DNA from: Cyanophyceae cyanobacterium
GTDB lineage: Bacteria; Cyanobacteriota; Cyanobacteriia; Cyanobacteriales; Laspinemataceae
NCBI GenBank assembly: GCA_038321985.1
Contig: JBBQFN010000014.1
Span: forward strand, 71,287 to 135,286
Direction: 5' to 3'
Length of the DNA stretch: 64,000 nt
Shown here piece after piece: positions 10,071 through 20,594 of this stretch. How positions within the stretch are numbered: position 1 is the first letter of the stretch; the number at the start of each line of letters is the position of its first letter. Position numbers and translations under genes: made by a program. The notes beneath the pieces were generated by a model. The model saw only the letters and a list, made by a program, of their open reading frames with translations, was not told the origin of the DNA and did no database searches.

Positions 10071-10331
10071 ACTGCATTTCCGGTCCCCTCCCCTTAGCAA
10101 GGGGAGGGTTAGGGTGGGGTTCTTCGTGAGGTGGCGGATGTCCCGTCCCGCACCCATAAGGAGGCGATCGCACCTGTATAGAGCCGGGTGCCAACCTATT
10201 TCTTCGTAACTGGCTTAAGCGGGTCACCGCCGACACCCTCTACTCATTCATTCCTCCTGACCTGCTCAAGCTCTAAAGAGGACCCCACCCTAACCCTCCC
10301 CTTGCTAAGGGGAGGGGACCGGATGTGCAGT
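10071..10331. repeat. Inverted pair of REP-like elements
   Basis: 10079-10120 is the exact 42-bp reverse complement of 10282-10323; each arm contains the hairpin CCCTCCCCTT-AGC-AAGGGGAGGG. Confidence 0.9.
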
Positions 10332-10365
10332 TAAATGTAGGGTTGTCGGTTGTTTCCCCAAAAGA

Positions 10366-10410
10366 ATAGCGGATAGGTATTAATGCTTGTCACATTAATC
10401 TCTACCCGCT
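10366..10410 (-). terminator. Stem-loop downstream of apcD
   Basis: ATAGCGGATAG...CTACCCGCTAT imperfect inverted repeat about 40 nt past the apcD stop. Confidence 0.5.
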
Positions 10411-10450
10411 ATAATCTACCGATCAGATGGAGTCGGAAATGTTACTTGAC

Positions 10451-10936
10451 TTATGACATCTCTTGAATGATGTAGTCAAAGTAGGGGGCAGTGGCACTGG
10501 CATCTTCTTGACTCAGCAGCGCTAGGGACGCTTCTTTGAGACAAACAATAGATTCCGCCATTCCTGCCATTGGAACTCCAAGGGCGTTGTACATTTCCCG
10601 AGCACCAATGAGGCCAATTTTTTCAATTGGCCCTTTGTCCCCGGCGAGTATGCCATAGGTGGCCAGACGCAGATACCAACCGAAATCCCGGAGACACTGC
10701 GATCGCTGACGTTGGCCGTAGGCATTACCCCCCGGCGAGATAAAATCGGGGCGCTTTTGCCATAGGCGCTTACTGGCTTGATCCACAATTTTCTTCTCGT
10801 TCTCAGCTAGGGTGGTAGCAATTCGCACCCGTTGCTGGCCGGTTTGAAAAAATTGTGTTAAACTGGTGAGTTCCCCGTTCGTCGGATAACGGAGTTCATC
10901 GTCGGCTTTGAGAATAACTTGACTAACTACACTCAT
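10451..10936 (-). CDS. apcD: Allophycocyanin-B alpha subunit
   Basis: [18 protein letters not shown] start, PGGNAYG, chromophore Cys in [11 protein letters not shown]; start placed at the second Met. Confidence 0.93.
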   Translation of the reverse strand: MSVVSQVILKADDELRYPTNGELTSLTQFFQTGQQRVRIATTLAENEKKIVDQASKRLWQKRPDFISPGGNAYGQRQRSQCLRDFGWYLRLATYGILAGDKGPIEKIGLIGAREMYNALGVPMAGMAESIVCLKEASLALLSQEDASATAPYFDYIIQEMS

Positions 10937-11015
10937 GGTTTTACAAAACATCGGAGATCCATACTCTGTAGTTTAGCCATTGAGGGGAACACAAATAAAG
11001 AGAGGTAAATTTACA

Positions 11016-12446
11016 GTGAGTGCCACTAATGGGCAAAACAGGTACGCAGTCGGGGATCGGCAGGATGAAAATTGGCAACAAGGTTGCGCGATCGAAGTAG
11101 AAATTGAGGATTTAAGCGATACCGGGGATGGAGTGGGGCGCTACGATGGACGAGTGGTCTTCGTTCCGGATGCGGTTCCCGGCGATCGCCTGCTGGTACG
11201 ACTGGTGCGGGTGAAGCCTCAATATGCCAGTGGCAAGCTCCTAGAGGTCCTAGAACGCTCTCCACACCGGATCCGACCCCATTGTATCGTCGCGGATAAA
11301 TGCGGCGGCTGCCAGTGGCAAAGCGTCGCTTATGCCTCCCAACTCGAAGCCAAGCAAAATCTGGTTTCCCAAGCGATCGAACGGATTGGGGGAATTGCCG
11401 CCCCTGCTGTGGCCCCTATTTTGCCCTCGGCTTCCCCCTTTGGCTATCGCAACAAAGCCACCTATCCCCTGAGTCGATCGCCTTCAGGCAAAGTGCAAGC
11501 GGGATACTATGAAAAAAATAGTCACCGTCTGGTGAATATCAATCAATGTCCGGTTCAAGACACCCGGTTGAATCCTTTACTGGCTGAGGTCAAACAAGAC
11601 ATTCAAGACCGGGGATGGTCGATTTACAATGAAACAGAACACCGGGGAAATCTGCGTCACCTGTCGTTGCAAATTGGACGGCGCACCGGGCAGATTTTGC
11701 TCACCTTGGTCTCGGCTAATCGCAAGTTGATGGATATTGAAACTCAAGCCGAGGAATGGCTGAATCGATATCCGGACCTCGTGGGGGTCTGTCTCAATTA
11801 CAACCCCAACCGAACCAATGCGATTTTAGGGGAGGAAACGCGCTGTATTGCCGGTCAACCCTATTTTTTGGATGAATTTGCCGGGGTCCAATTGCAACTG
11901 CGATCGGATACGTTTTTTCAGGTAAATCCAGAAACCGCAGAGGTGCTATTAGAGGCGATCGCCACGCGCCTAGAGTTGCAAGGCAATGAGCGATTGGTTG
12001 ATGCCTATTGCGGGATTGGCACCTTTACCCTACCCCTCGCCAAACGAGTACAGCAGGCGATCGGGTTAGAAGTTAACCCCGCCGCGATCGCCCAAGCCCA
12101 AGAAAATGCTCGCCTCAATGGCTTGACAAATGTCTCCTTTCATGAAGGGCAGGTTGAAAAATTATTGCCCAAGTTAGAGAGTCTGGGATTAGCCCCGGGA
12201 GAGAAACCGGATATCGTGTTACTGGATCCGCCGAGAAAAGGTTGCGATCGCAGCGTCCTCGATACTTTAATTCAGATTGCACCCCAGCGCATTGTCTACA
12301 TCAGTTGCAAACCCGCCACCCTCGCCCGGGACCTCAAAATTCTCTGTGATAGCGGGATTTATCGCCTGAGTTTCCTGCAACCGGCAGATTTCTTCCCCCA
12401 AACCTCCCACGTTGAATCCGTGGCTTTCCTGGTTGCAGAGGGATAG
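11016..12446 (+). CDS. rlmD: 23S rRNA (uracil-1939-C5)-methyltransferase
   Basis: TRAM domain, C-x5-CGGC Fe-S motif, FFQVN, DAYCGIG, LDPPRKG, YISC, FPQTSHVE; GTG at 11016 follows AGAGG (the ORF is open from 10980). Confidence 0.92.
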   Translation: MSATNGQNRYAVGDRQDENWQQGCAIEVEIEDLSDTGDGVGRYDGRVVFVPDAVPGDRLLVRLVRVKPQYASGKLLEVLERSPHRIRPHCIVADKCGGCQWQSVAYASQLEAKQNLVSQAIERIGGIAAPAVAPILPSASPFGYRNKATYPLSRSPSGKVQAGYYEKNSHRLVNINQCPVQDTRLNPLLAEVKQDIQDRGWSIYNETEHRGNLRHLSLQIGRRTGQILLTLVSANRKLMDIETQAEEWLNRYPDLVGVCLNYNPNRTNAILGEETRCIAGQPYFLDEFAGVQLQLRSDTFFQVNPETAEVLLEAIATRLELQGNERLVDAYCGIGTFTLPLAKRVQQAIGLEVNPAAIAQAQENARLNGLTNVSFHEGQVEKLLPKLESLGLAPGEKPDIVLLDPPRKGCDRSVLDTLIQIAPQRIVYISCKPATLARDLKILCDSGIYRLSFLQPADFFPQTSHVESVAFLVAEG

Positions 12447-12583
12447 ATTGCACCTACAGAGGACAAGTTTAAGTTGCGATCGCCCTAAGAGTAGAACTTC
12501 CCTGATAAAAATAGGGTGGTTATCTACACTGACAATAGGGCGATCGTTTTGTCAAGATTGAAGAGTAACAGGAGGCTAACCGA

Positions 12584-12889
12584 ATGAATAACTCAATTCA
12601 ATCAATTTATAACTGGTATCGCAGCACCTTACGCAACCCCAAATATCGCGTATGGATTATTCTGGGAACAGTGGCGTATTTCTTCAGCCCCATTGATATT
12701 GCTCCAGATTTCCTTCCCGTAGTCGGGCAAATTGACGATATCGCCCTGGCAACCCTATTAGTGGCCGAGTTATCCCAGATTGCCCTAGACTATTTTAAAA
12801 ACCGAAAAGGTACAGTCGAAGAATCCACCAATCCCGTCAATACAGCTTCAACAGTGGGTGGTTCTACGGTAGATGTAGAAGTAAGCTAA
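12584..12889 (+). CDS. YkvA/DUF1232 family membrane protein
   Basis: YFFSPIDIAPDFLPVVGQIDD motif; AGGAGG SD upstream. Confidence 0.88.
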   Translation: MNNSIQSIYNWYRSTLRNPKYRVWIILGTVAYFFSPIDIAPDFLPVVGQIDDIALATLLVAELSQIALDYFKNRKGTVEESTNPVNTASTVGGSTVDVEVS

Positions 12890-12933
12890 GCTCCTTTAAT
12901 CAATAATTCATCACTTGGCTAATAGCCCTCCCC

Positions 12934-12966
12934 AAGCCTGCTTAATAAGTAGGCTTTATTTTTTTG
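12934..12966 (+). terminator. Rho-independent terminator
   Basis: AAGCCTGCTT-AAT-AAGTAGGCTT followed by a T-run. Confidence 0.7.
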
Positions 12967-13330
12967 AGAAAAGTGGGAAGGGTACGAAGATTATAGAAGA
13001 CAACCCGTTTTATGGTATTTTTACTTCGTGAAGCGAGTTGCCCCCAGGACTTTAGTCCTGCCCTCAACCCGCCTAAAAATACTAGACTGCTGGCAAAATT
13101 TCCAGCAGACCCCACCCTGACCCGATCTCGTTGCTAAGGGGGGGTGATTTTAAATCGGGCAGTCAACAACCTGTTTTCTCTTCATCCAAACTCCAGAGAT
13201 AGATTTTTTGGTGTAGCCTCACCCGGCATTGGGTGTAGGGTTTTCAAACCGATGAAAACCCGACGGAGTATGAGAATAGAAGCCCGAAATTTCCATCTGG
13301 CCCTACCTGCGATAACCGCCAATTCCAACC

Positions 13331-14380
13331 ATGAAATTTAGCGAAATTATCCAAAAACTAGGCAATCATCTTCCGCAGAGTCCTTTAGTCTCAATCGGTG
13401 AGGACCCGGAGATCACTGGAGTAGCGGCAGTAGAAAAGGCGAGCCCAGGAACTCTCAGTTATATCGAAGGGCGGAAATTTGGCGATCGCATCGAAATGAC
13501 TGCTGCCACCGCTTTAATTTTGCCCATGGAGCCCGAATTGCACCAACGGGCCAGCAGTCGGGGGATTGCTTGGGTTGCCACCCCAGAACCGCGATTATTA
13601 TTTGCTCATGCGATCGCCCTGTATTATCAGCCTTTTCGTCTCCCCCCAGGCATTCATCCCACCGCCTCGATTCACCCGGATGCCACCGTCGCCGAAAATG
13701 TCGCCATTGGGGCGTTTGTCTCAGTCGCCTCTGGGGTCAAAATTGCCAAGGATGTCTGCATTCATGCCCAGGTTACCCTCTATCCCGATGCGGAAATTGG
13801 CGAAGGAACAGTCTTACACGCTAACTGCACCATCCATGAACGCACCCGCATCGGCAAGCGCTGCACCATTCACTGTGGGGCCGTAATTGGGTCCGAGGGG
13901 TTTGGATTCGTTCCCTCTAGTTCCGGTTGGGTAAAAATGGAGCAATCCGGCTACACCGTTTTAGAGGATGGCGTAGAGGTGGGGTGTAATAGTAACATTG
14001 ACCGTCCTGCCGTGGGAGAAACCCGAATTGGGGAAAATACAAAAATTGATAACTTAGTCCAAATCGGTCACGGGTGCAAAATTGGCAAAAATTGTGCCTT
14101 AGCCGCCCAAGTGGGTTTAGCCGGTGGGGTGCAGTTAGGAAACAACGTGATTTTAGCCGGTCAAGTGGGCGTAAACAATCAGGTGAAAGTGGGAGATGGG
14201 GTGATCGCCTCCGCCAAAACCGGCATTCACACGGATATCGCCGCCGGTGCAGTCATCTCCGGTTTTCCGGCGATTCCCAACAAAGTCTGGCTGAGAACCG
14301 TAGCACTCTCCTATCGCCTCCCAGAAATTTATCAATCTCTCAAGCAACTTCAGCGTTTATTGGGTCCTAACTCAAAATAG
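13331..14380 (+). CDS. lpxD: UDP-3-O-acylglucosamine N-acyltransferase
   Basis: Hexapeptide repeats, IGSEGFGF, IDNLVQIGHG. Confidence 0.95.
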   Translation: MKFSEIIQKLGNHLPQSPLVSIGEDPEITGVAAVEKASPGTLSYIEGRKFGDRIEMTAATALILPMEPELHQRASSRGIAWVATPEPRLLFAHAIALYYQPFRLPPGIHPTASIHPDATVAENVAIGAFVSVASGVKIAKDVCIHAQVTLYPDAEIGEGTVLHANCTIHERTRIGKRCTIHCGAVIGSEGFGFVPSSSGWVKMEQSGYTVLEDGVEVGCNSNIDRPAVGETRIGENTKIDNLVQIGHGCKIGKNCALAAQVGLAGGVQLGNNVILAGQVGVNNQVKVGDGVIASAKTGIHTDIAAGAVISGFPAIPNKVWLRTVALSYRLPEIYQSLKQLQRLLGPNSK

Positions 14381-14643
14381 GGTTTGGATTCAGGGGAAAA
14401 AAGGGGAGTTGGCCAAGCCGGAGTGGGTTTCGGGGAAACGGGAGTGATTACGAAACCGGGACTTCAGCAATTTTCAAAAGGGTCTATTTAGGGGAACTGG
14501 AGTTAAAAATTGACCCGTCTAATTTTTTTATAAAAAATTATGCTCAAAAACTACAGGTTTGGGGATATATTTTTACTAGGCCAAATTGAATGATGCGGCT
14601 CAATTTTCAGTTTTTAGATCGCGAAGGATAATCATTGAAAGCA

Positions 14644-15069
14644 ATGAGTGAAATTGCTACAACCCCCCTTAAAGGAAAAGCGCTGCTTCAAAAAGTAAAA
14701 GAACTCTCGCACTTACCCCGCAGAGAAACCGCCAAGCGCTGTGGATACTACAATCAATCAAAAAATGGAGAGTTTCGGGTAAACCTCACGGACTTTTACG
14801 ATGCCGTGTTGGAAGCTCGCGGGATTCCCCTCAGCCCAGAGGGGACAAAAGATGGTCGCGGTCGAGAGGCAACTTATCGGGTCAGCGTCCACAAAAACGG
14901 ACAAATTGTCATTGGTTCAACTTATACCCAATCCATGGGATTAAAGCCCGGTGATGAATTTGAAATTAAACTGGGTTACAAGCACATCCACCTGATTCAG
15001 GTCGATAGCACTAAAAATGAGTTCCTCAACGAAGACGATGAGGACTTCGAGGAAGACGAAGAAGATTAG
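14644..15069 (+). CDS. calB: Cyanobacterial AbrB-like regulator (cyAbrB2/CalB type)
   Basis: RRETAKRCGYY, VNLTDFYDA, YRVSVHKNGQIVIG, LGYKHIHL; acidic tail. Confidence 0.8.
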   Translation: MSEIATTPLKGKALLQKVKELSHLPRRETAKRCGYYNQSKNGEFRVNLTDFYDAVLEARGIPLSPEGTKDGRGREATYRVSVHKNGQIVIGSTYTQSMGLKPGDEFEIKLGYKHIHLIQVDSTKNEFLNEDDEDFEEDEED

Positions 15070-15307
15070 AAGACTCCAAAACAACCCCTTGTTTTAGCCC
15101 GGTTTTCTAAACTTTCCCTATCAATTAAACCTCTTGCATCATTCTCTCAAGCCGATGGGCATTTTTAAGGGGGGTCGCTCCCTAATGAGACAAGAGGTCT
15201 ATTATCTATTCAGCCAGTCCCCCTCCTTCCCGGCTCAGGTTAGCCTCAAGGAGAGCGACTGGTTTCTTTATTTTTAACCCTTTGTTTCCCCAGAGAAAGC
15301 TGCAAAA

Positions 15308-17011
15308 TCAACGGGTCTGTGCCGCTAAATCGTCCGGGTTAGGGCTTTGGGGTTTAGTCCTGGGTGGCATAGCCGAGTGCGGCTGTTCCGGGGTCGGTTC
15401 CGCAGAAGGACCTGGGGGGAGGTGCGACTGTAAAGACGGGTCGCTGACGGTATGAGACAGGGGCGCTAACGCCATTGCAAACCGAGCGTGTTCTTCGAGT
15501 TGTTCGGTAGAAGAGAGGAGATCCCCCAGAATGATTAAAATATTGCGAATGCTCTCGAATAAAGCCGGATCGCCGGTTAATTCTTCCAAATCTGAGGTAA
15601 TTTTTTGGGCATTTTGGAACGTGGCGCGGGCAGAATCTAGGGTTTGTTGCAGTAATAGCAGATTGGTGGGGTCGAGGGCGGTATCGGTGAATTGGGCCAG
15701 GTTGGCAGAGGCAGTGGCAGCATTAGCAGCAAGTTGATTGGCCGTAACGGAGAGGGTATCGAGGTTCGCTAAGAGTGCAGAATCCTCGAATTGATTAAGC
15801 TGTCGTTGAACCCCAGCGACGAGGGGGGAAATCTGCGCGGCGCTGACTCGCAGTTGTTCGCTGGTGGTGTTGATGTTATTGAGGGTAGTGACGAGGGTAC
15901 CGCGATTCGTCGAGACGAGTTCATTGACACTGGCAATCAGAGTGCGCAGATCCGTTGCGGTGAGGTTGAGTTCGCCGGCGGTGCCGCCGAGTCCTTCTAC
16001 GGTGCCACCGACGCGATCAAGGGTTAGACTGATGCTTTCGGCACTACTCCCGAAGGTCCCGGCAACTGTGCGATATTCCTCAGCGGCGGCCCCAATTTGA
16101 TTCACCGTTCGTTGCAGGTCCCCAGCGATCGCCCCGTAGCGATTGGAGATGGCGGTAATTTGAGTGGTGGCGGTGCGGACATCCCCGGAGAGCGCCCCAT
16201 ATTGATTGGCAGTCCTCCCGATTTGATTGGTGGCGGCCCGGATATCCCCGGCGATCGCTCCATATTGATTGACTGTCGCCCCCAGTTGGCGAGAGATTGC
16301 CCCAACCTGATCGGCAGTGTTCCCAATTTGCCCTGCCGCAGTATTCAAAGACGAAGCCGATTGAAGGGCGGCTGTGGAAAAAATACCTAACTCTCGTTCC
16401 ACTGATTGCGTCAACACACTGATTTCTCGGCTCAATTGAGTAATCTCAGCCGTAGCAACGGTGGAGTTTTTCACCAACGCATTCAGATTGGCAAAAAACG
16501 CCGGATCGGAAAATAAATTCGTAAACCGCATCGAACCGCGAATCAGTTCGTCAAAATTTACCCCAATCTGACCCTCCAGACGCTCCCGATTGCACAAAAT
16601 TAACTCGGTATTGCAGTCGGCGGCTAGGGGGTCAGTAGTTTTAATAATCTGGGGGGGTAAATTCTGGAGGGGGTTGATATCCACCCAAGTTTCCCCAATC
16701 AGTCCCCCCTGATTGGCCTCGATCAACACTGCATTCGGAATCACCAGGTTCGCCGGAGCCACCACCAGTTCCACATCCACCCCATTCGTTCCCGGCAAAA
16801 TATTGGCAATCCGGCCCACACTGACACCGCGATAGCGCACCGGTGCACCGACTTGCATCCCCGCAACGTTAGGGAATGAGACCACCAGGGTGTAGCTTTC
16901 CTTACCCAGTCCGACCCCTCGCAGCCATAAAATTATCGCCCCAAACAGTCCCAAACCAGCTAATAGTAATAAACCAATCGATCCTTCTCTGAGCTTTCGT
17001 GACGAACCCAT
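15308..17011 (-). CDS. mlaD: MlaD/MCE (TGD2-like) lipid transport protein with a long helical region
   Basis: N-terminal TM helix, GMQVGAPVRYRGVSVG MCE motif, GLIGE, extended heptad region. Confidence 0.88.
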   Translation of the reverse strand: MGSSRKLREGSIGLLLLAGLGLFGAIILWLRGVGLGKESYTLVVSFPNVAGMQVGAPVRYRGVSVGRIANILPGTNGVDVELVVAPANLVIPNAVLIEANQGGLIGETWVDINPLQNLPPQIIKTTDPLAADCNTELILCNRERLEGQIGVNFDELIRGSMRFTNLFSDPAFFANLNALVKNSTVATAEITQLSREISVLTQSVERELGIFSTAALQSASSLNTAAGQIGNTADQVGAISRQLGATVNQYGAIAGDIRAATNQIGRTANQYGALSGDVRTATTQITAISNRYGAIAGDLQRTVNQIGAAAEEYRTVAGTFGSSAESISLTLDRVGGTVEGLGGTAGELNLTATDLRTLIASVNELVSTNRGTLVTTLNNINTTSEQLRVSAAQISPLVAGVQRQLNQFEDSALLANLDTLSVTANQLAANAATASANLAQFTDTALDPTNLLLLQQTLDSARATFQNAQKITSDLEELTGDPALFESIRNILIILGDLLSSTEQLEEHARFAMALAPLSHTVSDPSLQSHLPPGPSAEPTPEQPHSAMPPRTKPQSPNPDDLAAQTR

Positions 17012-17150
17012 GCGTTCTCCTTCTGCGATAGTTGCTCTTATGACGTTGTTGCTATGGTTTGGTCTCCCACCTGTGCGCTACCACCGGGGCGCTGATGCCA
17101 CAGTACAGTAAACACTCATCCCCCAATGCTGCCTTGCGATCGCCAACGGA

Positions 17151-17933
17151 TCAACCCGCTAACTGAATCGGTCCGATAATGCTCCCACTGAAAAATTGTC
17201 GGATTAAAGGGTTGTCCGTGGTGTCAACTAGGTCAATACCACCTTGCCACTGCACTTTGCCATCAAATAAAAACACGAGGCGGTCAGAGGTCCGGCGAAT
17301 GGTGCTATCTTGGTGCGTGACCATCACATAAGTGCTACAGCCGCCTCGGGCCGCCTGCAAATCTCGGATTAAATCTTCAATCACCGTTGAGGCGATCGGA
17401 TCTAAGCCTGCCGTCGGCTCATCATAGAGCAACACTTCGGGACTGGCGGTGGGGTCCTCTGGATTGGCCATAATCGCCCGGGCAAAACTCACCCGCTTTC
17501 GCATTCCTCCAGACAGTTCTGCCGGGTATTTATTGCCGATTCCTGGCAACCCTACCATTTCTAACTTCTCTGTGACCAATTGTCGAATTTGTTTGCGGGA
17601 TAATTTCGAGTGCTCGTATAGGAAAAATCCCACATTTTCATCCACATTTAACGAATCAAACAGGGCCGCATTTTGAAACACCATCCCAATTCCAATGGGA
17701 TCGGACAAATCATCCGTCCAGCGATCGCGGCGAATTCCTTGCACATAAACTTCCCCCGCATCAGGCTCCATCAATCCAGCAATAATCCGCAAGATTGTCG
17801 ATTTCCCTGTCCCAGAGGGTCCAATGATTGAGAGTGCCTCGTTGCGGTAAATGCATAAATCCACTTCGTTTAAAATTACATTCCGGCCAAAGGACTTAGA
17901 CACTCCCTTAAGTTCAATCAACGGCTCACTCAT
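17151..17933 (-). CDS. mlaF: ABC ATPase, MlaF/TGD3 type
   Basis: GPSGTGKS, LSGGMRKRV, YDEPTAGLDP; adjacent to mlaD. Confidence 0.88.
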   Translation of the reverse strand: MSEPLIELKGVSKSFGRNVILNEVDLCIYRNEALSIIGPSGTGKSTILRIIAGLMEPDAGEVYVQGIRRDRWTDDLSDPIGIGMVFQNAALFDSLNVDENVGFFLYEHSKLSRKQIRQLVTEKLEMVGLPGIGNKYPAELSGGMRKRVSFARAIMANPEDPTASPEVLLYDEPTAGLDPIASTVIEDLIRDLQAARGGCSTYVMVTHQDSTIRRTSDRLVFLFDGKVQWQGGIDLVDTTDNPLIRQFFSGSIIGPIQLAG

Positions 17934-18372
17934 CTGCTCAACTTCAGTAACGCTCTGCGGACTGGTCGCTAAAGGTTAAGTATAGTAGTCCAGCAACCCG
18001 TCTGGGTGAAAGCCTAGGCCAGCTTATAGCCCCAGGAATTGTACCCTCGAATGAAGGCTCCCACGAGAGGATTGTCCAGCTACATGGCCTTCTTCTTTAG
18101 ATTCTAGTCTGGACTTCCCCCCGGGAAGAACCCGACCCCTTGGGCTTCCATCCCCCTAGATTTTGGCAATTCCGGCCCTGCACTCTCGCCATTCCTGCGC
18201 AATCCAGATATCCTGGTAAGCATATTCTCTTATCCCTAGGGCCAGATAACATCTAGTCCATAAGAGGTTATGGCTCGATTGAGTTCGGAACACAGCTGTA
18301 ATGATTACAATCAAAGCCGTCAAGGTTTAAATTTCTCCGACTCTCTTTTAATCCCCATTCCTAAAATTAATC

Positions 18373-19773
18373 ATGTCAATTGGTTTACTCAAACAAGCTT
18401 TCCATTCCCTCAAACCGGAGCCCCTCTCTTGGCGCGGGATTCGATTTAACCATTGGTTTAAATGGTTAGCCCCTGGATTGTTCGTGAAACGCTGGCTGCT
18501 GTTAAGCGCCCTTGGGGTCTTATTAACTCTGCTCGGTTTGGCAATTTGGATCAAACTGACTCCGATTTTTTTTGCGATGCAGTTGATTGAGAAAGCTCTA
18601 ACTCAACTAACCACTGTGGTTCCCAGTTATATCAGCGGCCCCTTTGTGCTGCTGTTTGGGATTTTCTTTATTCTGTGGGGTCAAACCCGCACCCTTAGCT
18701 CGATTACAGAGGTATTAAGACCCGGTGCGGAGGACGAGTTGATTGATGTTCTGCTCCATCACCGTAAGTTAAATCGGGGAGCAAAAATTGTCGTAGTTGG
18801 GGGTGGCACCGGTCTTTCTACCCTACTGCGGGGACTCAAGACTTACAGCGCTAACATTACTGCCATTGTCACGGTGGCGGATGATGGGGGTTCTTCGGGA
18901 CGGCTACGCCGGGAAAACGGAGTGTTGCCACCGGGAGATATCCGCAACTGTTTAGCGGCGTTGGCGGATGAGGAAAAGTTATTAACTGAACTATTTCAAT
19001 ACCGTTTTAAGGCCGGAAATGGTCTGACGGGTCACAGTTTTGGGAATCTGTTTCTGACGGCGATGAGTGATATTAGTGGGGATTTGGAGCGGGCGATCGC
19101 CACGAGTTCCAAGGTTCTGGCTGTCCGGGGTCAAGTTTTACCCTCTACTCTATGTGATGTTACCCTCTGGGCGGAGTTAGCCGATGGTCGTCGCATTGAG
19201 GGAGAATCTAGTATTACCGAAGCCCATGGCAAAATTATTAAAATTGGCTGTACTCCGGCTAATCCACCCCCGCTCCCCAAAGCTCTCCAGGCAATTCGAG
19301 AGGCAGATTTCATTATTTTAGGTCCCGGAAGTCTCTATACCAGCGTAATTCCTAATTTATTAGTGCCAGAAATTGCTGAGGAAATTGCTAAACGCAACGT
19401 TCCCAAAATTTATGTTTGTAATATCATGACTCAACCGGGAGAGACCGATGGCTACACGGTGGCTGACCACATTAAAGCGATTGACTTCGCTTCTGGATTA
19501 AAGCTGTTTACTTCGGTTTTGGTACAACAGCAAGTGCCTTCGGCTCAATCCCTGATTCGTTACTCTCAAGACAACTCTCATCCGGTATTTGTCGATCGCT
19601 CTACGATTAGCGAACTCGGTCGCAGCCTGGTCTTTGCTAATGTGATGCAAGAGGATTCGGAAACGGGTTACGTCCGTCACGATCATCAACTCCTGGCTCA
19701 GGTGTTAATCCGTTGGTATGCTCACGTTCATATTAAAAATAGTGCCGGTCGCCTCTCTGCTGCCGCTCGATAG
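18373..19773 (+). CDS. YvcK/UPF0052 (CofD-like) protein with N-terminal TM helices
   Basis: [34 protein letters not shown]. Confidence 0.9.
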   Translation: MSIGLLKQAFHSLKPEPLSWRGIRFNHWFKWLAPGLFVKRWLLLSALGVLLTLLGLAIWIKLTPIFFAMQLIEKALTQLTTVVPSYISGPFVLLFGIFFILWGQTRTLSSITEVLRPGAEDELIDVLLHHRKLNRGAKIVVVGGGTGLSTLLRGLKTYSANITAIVTVADDGGSSGRLRRENGVLPPGDIRNCLAALADEEKLLTELFQYRFKAGNGLTGHSFGNLFLTAMSDISGDLERAIATSSKVLAVRGQVLPSTLCDVTLWAELADGRRIEGESSITEAHGKIIKIGCTPANPPPLPKALQAIREADFIILGPGSLYTSVIPNLLVPEIAEEIAKRNVPKIYVCNIMTQPGETDGYTVADHIKAIDFASGLKLFTSVLVQQQVPSAQSLIRYSQDNSHPVFVDRSTISELGRSLVFANVMQEDSETGYVRHDHQLLAQVLIRWYAHVHIKNSAGRLSAAAR

Positions 19774-20057
19774 GCCCAGTCCCCATCTTTCTACTTCGTT
19801 GCTCTCTCTCCTGTTCTGACTCCTCACACGCATTTTCTGTTGGTACTCTACTGCTATTATTGCTCCTGATAAATTTCTAAGTTTTCTGGCCCGCATTCCC
19901 CAAAATTACGCGGTGGAAACGCTCCTATATTCTATCTATCAAGGCTAACTCCTTATTTCCCAAATTGTCATTTTTATCCGCTCTCCCCTTATAATTTTTA
20001 AGGCTTTAACCCCCATAGGTTCCTAATTCTTTCCCTCGTTCTTTCGTTTATTCCTTC

Positions 20058-20543
20058 ATGAGTCAATCAATGGTTAAGTTATTACTGCCCGATGCAGAGG
20101 CCACAAAATCTTTGGGTTTCACCCTGGGACAACGCTGCTTTCCGGGTACTATAATTTTGCTCGAAGGAGACTTAGGGGCGGGTAAAACCACCCTGGTGCA
20201 AGGGATGGGGTCCGGATTGGGTATCAGCGACTCTATCGTAAGTCCGACGTTTACCTTAATCTTGGAATATCTGGAAGGGCGCATCCCCCTTTATCATTTG
20301 GACCTGTATCGTTTGGACCCGAAGGAAGTCTCAGGGCTGAATCTGGAGAGTTACTGGGAGGGCATGGAAACGGAACCGGGCATTGTGGCGATCGAATGGG
20401 CGGAACGCTTATCCTACAAGCCTCGTGATTATTTACGCCTCTGTCTGACTCATCAGAATCAGGGTCGTCAAGTTGAATTAATCCCGGTCGGGGACTTTAA
20501 TTTGAATGCACTGGTCCCATTCCCGATGGAGACCGGCCCCTAA
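20058..20543 (+). CDS. tsaE: tRNA threonylcarbamoyladenosine biosynthesis ATPase
   Basis: GDLGAGKTT, SPTF, HLDLYRL, IEW. Confidence 0.95.
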   Translation: MSQSMVKLLLPDAEATKSLGFTLGQRCFPGTIILLEGDLGAGKTTLVQGMGSGLGISDSIVSPTFTLILEYLEGRIPLYHLDLYRLDPKEVSGLNLESYWEGMETEPGIVAIEWAERLSYKPRDYLRLCLTHQNQGRQVELIPVGDFNLNALVPFPMETGP

Positions 20544-20594
20544 CCCTATTAAATCCTAATTTAAAGAAGGGTTAGGGGGTAACTAGGGGAGGGA

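Noticed and set aside
9994..10236. 80-aa Pro-rich ORF
   Set aside because: It is produced by REP and tandem-repeat sequence and has no protein motif.
15531..16390. Several antisense and alternative-frame ORFs over mlaD, and similar short shadow ORFs over other long genes
   Set aside because: They overlap well-supported genes, lack motifs, and are expected from codon bias and repeats.
18297..18309. TGTAATGATTACA palindrome as an NtcA site
   Set aside because: The spacer is 5 nt, not 8.
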